Part shown: positions 8,876 to 15,796 of the stretch, one piece after another
How positions within the stretch are numbered: the first letter of the stretch is position 1
How the letters are laid out: each line of letters opens with the position of its first letter
NCBI GenBank assembly: GCA_046759445.1
Contig: JBHICG010000069.1
Span: forward strand, 1-17,750
Reading direction: 5' to 3'
From: Candidatus Scalinduaceae bacterium
Lineage (GTDB): Bacteria > Planctomycetota > Brocadiia > Brocadiales > Scalinduaceae
Length of the DNA stretch: 17,750 nt
The notes under the pieces: generated by a model
Seen by the model: the letters and a program-made list of their open reading frames with translations, nothing else
What the model was told of the DNA's origin: nothing
Databases searched by the model: none
Position numbers and translations under genes: made by a program

Positions 8876-10507
8876 ATGTTTTTAAAAGTAAAGCTAGTAA
8901 CAAAACTATTATGTTTTATCGCACCAATAATGGTTGTCGTAATGGGTTTATTGTTTACATGGATAATAAAAAAGGAAGAGATTTTAATCCGGAGAGAAAT
9001 AGAAAAGAAGGCGGAAATACTTGCTCAACAATTGGAAATTGTTCGTGAATACATTGCAGAGAAACAAGACATAATCAATACAGATCCAGAGACTGGAAAC
9101 GTAACATTTAAGCACTTAAACCCTGCAAAGGTTGGTACGGCAATTTCAAAGCGAATTGGCTTGTCTACGAATTATGTTATAAAACAAACGAGCTTAGAAT
9201 ATAGAAACCCTGAGAATGCTCCTGATGAATATGAGATAAAGATGTTAAAACAGTTCCAAACAAAAGAGAGCAAAGACGCTGTATGGGGTGAAGATTATGA
9301 CGAAGAAGGTAAGAAAATAATTAGATATATGATACCATTATATATAAAAGAAGATTGCCTTCAATGTCATGGCTTGCCAGATTATGAAGGCGAGGTAGAT
9401 ATAACTGGGTACAAAAAGGAAGGTTATGAACTAGGTGAATTGAGAGGGGCCATAAGTGTTGTCGCTCCAGCAGGACATCTAGAGTCTGCGATAAGGACTA
9501 ATTCATTGATTCTTCTCACAATAGGTATTATTTCTACTATATCGGTAATATTTCTAACTTATTTACTGATAAGAAAATTTATAAGAAAACCACTTTCACG
9601 CACAGTTGTTGCTACAAAGGCAATAGCCAGTGGTGACCTCTCAAAGAGAGTTGATGTGAAATCAGGTGACGAATTTGGAATATTAGCGGAATCCTTTAAT
9701 ACTATGGCAGAATCTATAGAAGAAAAGACCAGGGCGCTTGAGGAAACCACACGAAATCTCGAAAGGGCTAATGAAGAGCTCCGAGGTCTGGATAAGATGA
9801 AAGACAATATAATCAAGGACGTTTCCCATGAGCTGAAATCTCCATTGGCTCAATTAAGGCTGGCTCTTGAATTATGGGCTGAAGAACCGAAGGATGGAAG
9901 GAAAAGCAAAAATAAAGAAGATCTTTTTAATGATATTATAAAAGGAAATATTAAAAGACTTAATAAAACTGTTGAAAGTATCTTGGAGTTGACTTCTCTC
10001 GAATCTGGCAGGGAAAATTATGATAGAGAATCTCTCCAGTTAAATGAATTAGTCATTCAGGTAATTAATGGCTCTGCCTTGTTGGCAAGAGATAAAGGCC
10101 TGACAATTAAAAGCGTGTTACCTGAGAAATTACCAAACGTTGTAGTGGACAGGCAGGGGATTTTGCGTGTTGTCACAAATTTAATAGATAATGCTATAAA
10201 ATATACTGATAATGGTGAGATATCAGTTTCACTTCAGCAAAAGAATTCCGAGTTAGAATTTTCAGTTCAGGATTCTGGTACAGGTATTGGCCTTTCCAGA
10301 GAACAGCAATATAAGCTGTTTGAAAGATTCTATCAGGAGAATGCAAGCATACCTGGTACAGGTGTTGGTCTTTCTATATGTAAGACTATTATAGAGGCTC
10401 ATGGGGGAAAAATATGGGCTGAAAGTGAAGGTAAAGGTAAAGGCTCAACATTTAAGTTTACGTTGCCGTTAGTGACGGAAAAGGAACCTCTTGTTGTGGG
10501 TAGGTAA
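8876..10507 (+). CDS. Membrane sensor histidine kinase with periplasmic c-type heme (DUF3365/Tll0287-like) domain, HAMP, HisKA, HATPase
   Basis: Periplasmic RNPENAPD...CLQCH...GELRGAISV pattern with CxxCH at 9356-9370, HAMP (DEFGILAESFN), SHELKSP, NLIDNAIKY, GTGVGL. TTG 8870 is an alternative start. Confidence 0.92.
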   Translation: MFLKVKLVTKLLCFIAPIMVVVMGLLFTWIIKKEEILIRREIEKKAEILAQQLEIVREYIAEKQDIINTDPETGNVTFKHLNPAKVGTAISKRIGLSTNYVIKQTSLEYRNPENAPDEYEIKMLKQFQTKESKDAVWGEDYDEEGKKIIRYMIPLYIKEDCLQCHGLPDYEGEVDITGYKKEGYELGELRGAISVVAPAGHLESAIRTNSLILLTIGIISTISVIFLTYLLIRKFIRKPLSRTVVATKAIASGDLSKRVDVKSGDEFGILAESFNTMAESIEEKTRALEETTRNLERANEELRGLDKMKDNIIKDVSHELKSPLAQLRLALELWAEEPKDGRKSKNKEDLFNDIIKGNIKRLNKTVESILELTSLESGRENYDRESLQLNELVIQVINGSALLARDKGLTIKSVLPEKLPNVVVDRQGILRVVTNLIDNAIKYTDNGEISVSLQQKNSELEFSVQDSGTGIGLSREQQYKLFERFYQENASIPGTGVGLSICKTIIEAHGGKIWAESEGKGKGSTFKFTLPLVTEKEPLVVGR

Positions 10508-10538
10508 GTAATAAAGACTTCCGTTACTGTTTTTTTTT
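10471..10538 (+). terminator. Possible terminator/attenuator-like hairpin spanning the kinase stop codon
   Basis: AGTGACGGAA (10471-10480) pairs with TTCCGTTACT (10519-10528; one G-U pair) and is followed by a T9 run (10530-10538). The 38-nt loop is atypical. Confidence 0.3.
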
Positions 10539-10598
10539 GTAAATAATGATAACTAGACTTTATGATAATAAAATCTCAAATGGAAGGAGCAATAAAAA

Positions 10599-10964
10599 AT
10601 GGGTAAAACTATAATGATAGTAGAGGATGAGCAGGCTTTTCATGACCTTTATGCAATGATGCTGGAAGATACAGATTATAAGATTATCCGTGCATATGAT
10701 GGCGATGAGGCATTATCGAAACTGGAAGAAGAGAAACCTGATTTGATTATCCTCGATATACTCTTAGACCTGGTAACTGGTGATACATTCTTCTTGTACA
10801 TAAAGGGTGCACCCGAATATGCTGATATTCCTATCATTATAGCCAGTAGCTTTTCCCCGAAGGCATATAAAAATTTGAAGGAGATGGATCCAGACCTTGT
10901 GTTTCTTGAGAAACCTGTTACAAAAGAAAAACTTCTTGAGGAAATCAAGGCCAAGATTGGTTAA
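10599..10964 (+). CDS. Single-domain response regulator (CheY-like receiver), paralog of 8473-8844
   Basis: IMIVEDE, KPDLIILD, IIIASS, EKP. Strong GGAAGGAG Shine-Dalgarno upstream. Confidence 0.93.
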   Translation: MGKTIMIVEDEQAFHDLYAMMLEDTDYKIIRAYDGDEALSKLEEEKPDLIILDILLDLVTGDTFFLYIKGAPEYADIPIIIASSFSPKAYKNLKEMDPDLVFLEKPVTKEKLLEEIKAKIG

Positions 10965-10976
10965 AAACGTTACATA

Positions 10977-11358
10977 TTATTTTTTGGTAGAAAACCTCAA
11001 GAGATAACTGATAAATTTATATTGAAAACTTGATAACCTTGCGTAAAGAGGCCAGCGAGGTTTTTCCAATATTATTTTGTCGCCTACTTTAAGTTTATTT
11101 CCTTCAATGACTCGGCAGCGTATACCACCTTGACCATAACCTGTCACCTGCTTGCTCCTACAGGTATTTCATAATTGAGTGTACGAGATGCCATGTCCAT
11201 TACTTCTGCCTCAATCAGGGTAATTTGTCCAATTTTGTGTTTCCCCCTGAACGATAGTCTCCAGCAATTCCATAATTAGTGTATACCATGACTAGATCAC
11301 AGGGTTCTATAGGTGCATTATGCTTTCGTACAATGTGAATTGAAACAACTTCAGCCAT
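10977..11358 (-). pseudogene. MOSC-domain protein pseudogene (frameshift, nonsense codon and apparent internal deletion)
   Basis: Three frames give MAEVVSIHIVRKHNAPIEPCDLVMVYTNYGIAGDYRSG, then a frameshift at the G5 run (plus-strand C5, 11243-11247), then KHKIGQITLIEAEVMDMASRTLNYEIPVGASR*QVMVK (TGA at 11144-11146), then GGIRCRVIEGNKLKVGDKIILEKP...KK* (TAA 10977-10979). GI.GD, Q+TL, G..RR and GG+..RV..G....VGD are MOSC hallmarks. Confidence 0.8.
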
Positions 11359-11540
11359 TTTTTATTTTTATTGTTATTTTGGCAAATCAATCTTATTTTC
11401 AATTTTGCAAGTAATATATTGCTCTTTCAGATTCTGCCATAAATATTTTTAAAGTTAAGGAGAACATAAAAAACAATATCATAAATTTACTAATGTGTGC
11501 TCTGTGTTTCATGTACTTATAGAGTTTTCCATTATAAATG

Positions 11541-11569
11541 TTGACTCAGGCTTTACGTTTTGATAAGTT
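11541..11569 (+). promoter_or_regulatory. Candidate sigma70 promoter (extended -10) for the amino-acid dehydrogenase
   Basis: TTGACT (11541-11546), 17-nt spacer ending in TGn, TAAGTT (11564-11569). ATG 11577 follows after 7 nt. Confidence 0.4.
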
Positions 11570-11576
11570 TCTTATA

Positions 11577-12632
11577 ATGGATGTTTTTAAGCTAATTCAA
11601 AGTGATGAGCATGAAGAATTGATGTTTTGTAGTGATAAGGCATCAGGATTAAGGGCTATGATTGCCATTCATAGTACAAAATTAGGACCGGCCATAGGAG
11701 GATGCCGTTTTTTTGAATATCATTCTGAGAACGAAGCCATAAAAGATGTTCTTAGACTTTCCAAGGCGATGACTTACAAGTCAGCTATATGCGAACTTGC
11801 TTATGGTGGTGGAAAAGCAGTGATTTTAAAAAGTAATTTATGCGAAGATAGAGAAAGGCTTTTTAAGGTTTTTGGTAAGTACGTTGAATCTTTAAAGGGA
11901 AGTTACATTACTACGGTAGATTCCGGTACTAATATGAAAGACATGATTAAGGTTCGTACGGAAACAAGACAGGTTACTGGTATACCTGTGGAGATGGGAG
12001 GGCTTGGAGACCCTTCTCCTATTACGGCATTGGGAGTTATTTGGGGTATGAAGGCGTGTTTAAGTGAACTTTATGGCAAAGATTCGTTGAGTAACAGAAC
12101 TGTTGCTATCCAGGGAGTGGGTAATGTTGGATATCATTTAGCTTTATTGCTCCATAAAGAAGGGGCAAGAATAACAATATCGGATATTGATGATGAAAAA
12201 ACGAAAAGATTAGTTAGTGAAATAGATGTGAAAATAGTTCGCCCTGAGCAAATTTACTCACAGGATGTGGATATCTTGTCACCATGTGCATTGTCTGGTA
12301 CAGTGAATGAAGATATTATTCCTTATTTCAAATGCAATATAATAGCTGGCGCCGCGAACAATCAACTCTTAAAGGAGGAGGATGCCGATTTACTACATCA
12401 GCGGGGAATCTTATATGTGCCGGATTATGTCATAAATGCGGGGGGGCTTATACATGTAGTTGCCGAATATGAAGGTTTGAAAAAGGAGAATGTTTATGAA
12501 AGTGTTTCAAAGATTTATAAAAGGGTTCGAAAGATTATTTCTGTTTCGAGAGAAAAGGATATTTCAACAAATAGGGTGGCGAATAGTATGGTAGAGGCAA
12601 AAATGGGCATGTTAGCAATTGGGGATAGCTGA
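11577..12632 (+). CDS. Glu/Leu/Phe/Val dehydrogenase family, leucine dehydrogenase-like
   Basis: IAIHSTKLGPAIGGCR, MTYK, GGGK catalytic Lys, GDPSPITALG, GVGNVG NAD-binding motif, GAANNQL, PDYVINAGG. ATG 11577 (MDVFKLI...) matches the usual LeuDH N-terminus; the ORF is open from 11538. Confidence 0.92.
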   Translation: MDVFKLIQSDEHEELMFCSDKASGLRAMIAIHSTKLGPAIGGCRFFEYHSENEAIKDVLRLSKAMTYKSAICELAYGGGKAVILKSNLCEDRERLFKVFGKYVESLKGSYITTVDSGTNMKDMIKVRTETRQVTGIPVEMGGLGDPSPITALGVIWGMKACLSELYGKDSLSNRTVAIQGVGNVGYHLALLLHKEGARITISDIDDEKTKRLVSEIDVKIVRPEQIYSQDVDILSPCALSGTVNEDIIPYFKCNIIAGAANNQLLKEEDADLLHQRGILYVPDYVINAGGLIHVVAEYEGLKKENVYESVSKIYKRVRKIISVSREKDISTNRVANSMVEAKMGMLAIGDS

Positions 12633-12671
12633 TTAATGAATTAAATGATCAGTTTGGAGTATAGGGACTGA

Positions 12672-13031
12672 ATGAGAAAATGTTCAATTGATTTAAGAAA
12701 TTTAAAAAAGGAGGTTAGAATAGATTATTTTAAAAGTTCTGGTCCCGGTGGACAGCACAAAAACAAAACGATGTCTTGTGTTCGATTACTTCACAAGCCT
12801 ACGGGCATAAAGGTAATTGCCACAGAATCACGCTCACAAATTAGGAATAGAGAACTTGCTTTTAAAAGACTCCAGGTAAAGCTAATGGAATTGAATATTA
12901 GAGAAAAAGAGCGGATTCCTACAAAGAAACCCTACTATGCAAAGGAAAAAATCTTGCGGGACAAAAGAAAAGGATCTCAGAAAAAACAATTAAGAAAAAA
13001 GGTTTCTGAAAATGAAATCGAATTTTATTGA
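12672..13031 (+). CDS. Codon-independent peptidyl-tRNA hydrolase / release-factor-like protein (ArfB-like)
   Basis: SSGPGGQHKNKT GGQ motif, VRLLHKPTGI...SRSQIRNRELA RF-1 domain, and a highly basic C-terminal tail. 119 aa, no codon-recognition domains. Confidence 0.85.
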   Translation: MRKCSIDLRNLKKEVRIDYFKSSGPGGQHKNKTMSCVRLLHKPTGIKVIATESRSQIRNRELAFKRLQVKLMELNIREKERIPTKKPYYAKEKILRDKRKGSQKKQLRKKVSENEIEFY

Positions 13032-13060
13032 AAAAAAGCACATTATTCCCATGAAAATTA

Positions 13061-13089
13061 TTGACAGTTGTAATTTATTTAAATAACAT
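13061..13089 (+). promoter_or_regulatory. Candidate sigma70 promoter for the lipoprotein gene
   Basis: Perfect TTGACA (13061-13066), 17-nt spacer, TAACAT (13084-13089). GGAAGGA Shine-Dalgarno-like sequence before ATG 13134. Confidence 0.5.
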
Positions 13090-13133
13090 ATGCATGTCAA
13101 AGGTTTCAAAGAATATGATGGAAGGAAATCTTT

Positions 13134-14075
13134 ATGTTTTTCTCGAAAATATTTAATAATTTTGTGATTTTGCTGGTTATTTCATTATTAGTTACGGGTT
13201 GTGGCTCCAGCAAGCGAAGAACTTCTGGTGAAGAACCATTCTTTTTAAAAGAAAGAGAGATTGCAGAACATGGTAAGAAAAAAGTCGTAGATAGAATTTA
13301 TCAAATTGATCCAGGTGATAAAGAATTCGAGATTTCAGACAAGTTTTATACGGATCCACCCAGAAAGATTGCAGTATTACCCTTTGATAATTTGGTAGGT
13401 GGCAATTATATTTTGAATGAAGTTCCTATCCCCAGGTTTAACCGTAAAAAAGAGGATGATTGGAACTGGACTTATGCCAATAGGCTAAGAAGGTTTTTCT
13501 TTGGACACTTTGCTGCCAGGGAATTTCAGGATATAGAGTTAATGTATGTAGATAAAGTGTTACAAGAACTCGATATTTTTACGCCTAATGATTTAAATAA
13601 TTATCCGCCACAAGAGTTGGGAAAGATACTCGGAGCGGATGCGTTGATTTATGGCAAAGTTACTGACTATAAAAATTCTTATTACACGTTATTTGCTCAG
13701 ATCAGGATTGGCTTACATATAAAATGTGTTTCTGTAGAAGACGGTAGCATGCTTTTTGAAGGCGAACATAAGAGGTATGATAATGACATACGTGTGGCGA
13801 CCAATCCTCTTGATTTTGTAATTGCATCATTCCAGAACTATATGAGTTTAAGAGATGTTTATGCGGCAAGGGCAAGTGAGGAAGTTGCACGTGAGTTAGT
13901 TTTGAGGATTCCTATTGTTGAATCATTTATTGAAGAGGAAGAGCAACGTATTAAAAATAGAATTAAAACAAAACTAACTTATATACCTTTATCCGACCCC
14001 GGGATGGTTAATACGAATGAAAATACCCCTACTACTGTTCTACCTATTCAAAACAAAAAAACAATTCTTGAATAA
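13134..14075 (+). CDS. Putative lipoprotein, GNA1162/DUF799-like (CsgG/TolB-N-like fold)
   Basis: Hydrophobic signal ending in lipobox LVTG-C. P.KIAVLPFDN and ELGKILGADALIYGKVTDY are typical of this fold family. Confidence 0.7.
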   Translation: MFFSKIFNNFVILLVISLLVTGCGSSKRRTSGEEPFFLKEREIAEHGKKKVVDRIYQIDPGDKEFEISDKFYTDPPRKIAVLPFDNLVGGNYILNEVPIPRFNRKKEDDWNWTYANRLRRFFFGHFAAREFQDIELMYVDKVLQELDIFTPNDLNNYPPQELGKILGADALIYGKVTDYKNSYYTLFAQIRIGLHIKCVSVEDGSMLFEGEHKRYDNDIRVATNPLDFVIASFQNYMSLRDVYAARASEEVARELVLRIPIVESFIEEEEQRIKNRIKTKLTYIPLSDPGMVNTNENTPTTVLPIQNKKTILE

Positions 14076-14202
14076 AATACTGATTTGCTGCCATAGGACT
14101 TAAACATACCAGAAAGACATTCCATTTAATTCATAGCCTCAAATCTTATTTCTTTGCTGCGTAATATGCGAAGAACTATAACAGTATCCAAATCGCTTTC
14201 GT

Positions 14203-15420
14203 TTATGTATGGTATTTGGAGTTGATTCTTATGTATTCTTTTGATAGGTCGCACGTCCATAGTGTTGCGCTTTTGTTGCTCATTCCCAGGCATAATTGAA
14301 TCTTTATTTCGTAGTTCTTCATTTCATCGTTTAGTCTTTTTGGAATGGGGGTGATTGGCAAACCATTCTTGAAAATCATAATCTTGTTAATGTATAATTT
14401 TATCTTGGATGCATCAATAGGGACTCCTGCATAACCTGCCGCCGAGATAATCCTTCCCCAATTGGGATCTTTACCATTTATGGCAGTTTTGACCAGTGGA
14501 GAATCTGCTATCTTTCGTGCGATTTTCTTTGCATCAGACGTTGATCTCGCCTCGTTTATATCCACCTGTATAAATTTTGTTGCGCCTTCTCCATCCTTTA
14601 CTATTGCCTTTGCCATTTGTAAGGTTACATAATCAAGCGCCTTCTGAAATAATGCAAGCTCTTTTGTGCTTGAAGGTGTTATATTGCAATTATGTGCCTC
14701 ACCATTTGCGAGAATTGCAACCATGTCACTTGTACTCATATGGCCGTCGACGGTGATTTGATTAAAAGAATTTTCTGCTGAATTTTTAATGCAGGACCGT
14801 AAGGTGTTTAAGGAGATTGAAGCGTCAGTCGTAATAAAGCAAAACATTGTAGCCATTTTCGGAGAGATCATGCCTGAACCTTTGGCTATTGCCCCAATAG
14901 TAACTTCTTTATTAGCTATACGTGTCTTAACGGCGATATGTTTGGGTACAGTGTCAGTTGTCATTATGGCCTTTGAAATATTTATTGCATGGGTGTGTTG
15001 ATTCCCCAATTGTGTAAAAGATTTGTTTATACCTGATTGAATCTTTTTCATTGGGAGATGTCGTCCTATTACGCCTGTAGAGGCGACTATAACTTCTTCA
15101 GGTTTGACGTTAAGGTGTTTTGCCGTTGATTGCGCCATTGCTTCTGCATCCTTATAGCCTTTCTCACCCGTGCATGCATTAGCATTTCCGCTGTTTACGA
15201 CTATGGCATGTACGAGGCCTTTTTTTATAATCTTTCTGCTGTATTTTATTGGTGCCGCTAATATCTGGTTTGTCGTAAAAAGCGCAGCAGCCTTGCATGG
15301 CTTTTCTGAGGTGATTATGCCAATATCATGATTTTTAGCGCTTCTTTTAAGGCCACAATGTGTGGAGCCTGCCTTAAACCCCTTTGGGGCAACAACACCT
15401 TTAGAAACTACCTTAATCAT
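14203..15420 (-). CDS. argJ: Bifunctional glutamate N-acetyltransferase / amino-acid acetyltransferase ArgJ
   Basis: NSGNANACTG, STGVIG, AIMTTDT, KGSGMISPKMA-TMF autoproteolysis site, DGEGATK, SPLVKTA, NWGRI, WTCDLS..Y..IN..Y. AAGGAG Shine-Dalgarno upstream. Confidence 0.97.
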   Translation of the reverse strand: MIKVVSKGVVAPKGFKAGSTHCGLKRSAKNHDIGIITSEKPCKAAALFTTNQILAAPIKYSRKIIKKGLVHAIVVNSGNANACTGEKGYKDAEAMAQSTAKHLNVKPEEVIVASTGVIGRHLPMKKIQSGINKSFTQLGNQHTHAINISKAIMTTDTVPKHIAVKTRIANKEVTIGAIAKGSGMISPKMATMFCFITTDASISLNTLRSCIKNSAENSFNQITVDGHMSTSDMVAILANGEAHNCNITPSSTKELALFQKALDYVTLQMAKAIVKDGEGATKFIQVDINEARSTSDAKKIARKIADSPLVKTAINGKDPNWGRIISAAGYAGVPIDASKIKLYINKIMIFKNGLPITPIPKRLNDEMKNYEIKIQLCLGMSNKSATLWTCDLSKEYIRINSKYHT

Positions 15421-15464
15421 AAAATTAACTCCTTAGAATAATTGTGTATTTTATATGGTTCGCT

Positions 15465-15492
15465 ATTGTACTTAAAGATAAGAAAAATGCAA
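15465..15492 (-). promoter_or_regulatory. Candidate argJ promoter
   Basis: Minus strand TTGCAT (15492-15487), 16-nt spacer, TACAAT (15470-15465). Confidence 0.35.
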
Positions 15493-15545
15493 GAGGAAGG
15501 GGGTATGATGATTTTATAGATAATAGTTTGAGAAAAGTCGGTGAT

Positions 15546-15569
15546 ATGAAAAGAACATCCCCTTTTCAT
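15546..15569. repeat. Inverted repeat ATGAAAAG-N8-CTTTTCAT in the divergent intergenic region
   Basis: Perfect 8-bp arms, located between the two candidate divergent promoters. Confidence 0.45.
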
Positions 15570-15581
15570 TTTACTTTCGTC

Positions 15582-15610
15582 TTGACTCAACATAGTTCTT
15601 TAGATATCTT
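15582..15610 (+). promoter_or_regulatory. Candidate promoter for the secreted protein gene
   Basis: TTGACT (15582-15587), 17-nt spacer, TATCTT (15605-15610). Confidence 0.35.
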
Positions 15611-15671
15611 TCAGTTTTATGAGAACCAACTATATAAGAATAGATTGTCTGATATATAAGGTCATTCCTTC

Positions 15672-15687
15672 CCCATTAGATAATGGG
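15672..15687. repeat. Palindrome CCCATTA-GA-TAATGGG in the putative leader of the secreted protein gene
   Basis: Perfect 7-bp arms, imperfectly extendable by CCT/AGG. Confidence 0.45.
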
Positions 15688-15796
15688 AGGTTAACGCATA
15701 CTCAGCCAACGGGTATCCGTAAATAAAAATTGCAGCAATACTAACAATCACGCACACGAATCACTAGCTTATCATAGACTGCAGGTGTTTTTTCTT

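Noticed and set aside
6439..10954. Minus-strand ORFs overlapping the kinases and receivers (including 8191-8517)
   Set aside because: Antisense shadows with no domain signatures.
1420..10976. Cassette as a defined mobile element or genomic island
   Set aside because: No integrase, transposase, tRNA target, or terminal/direct repeats seen, and base composition looks like the flanks. Only the flanking pseudogenes hint at rearrangement.
11144..11146. In-frame TGA in the MOSC remnant as selenocysteine or programmed recoding
   Set aside because: It sits at an expected Arg of the RR motif (CGA to TGA) and co-occurs with a frameshift and a deletion, so decay is the simpler explanation.
14076..14202. 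Terminator or repeat between the convergent lipoprotein gene and argJ (TTTGCTGC occurs twice)
   Set aside because: No convincing stem-loop, and an 8-mer repeat is plausible by chance.
13702..15001. Short ORFs 13702-13890 (-) and 14789-15001 (+)
   Set aside because: Antisense shadows of the lipoprotein gene and argJ.
15444..15659. 71-aa ORF in the argJ upstream region
   Set aside because: GTG start without a Shine-Dalgarno sequence, no recognisable motif, and it overlaps candidate promoters. Probably spurious.
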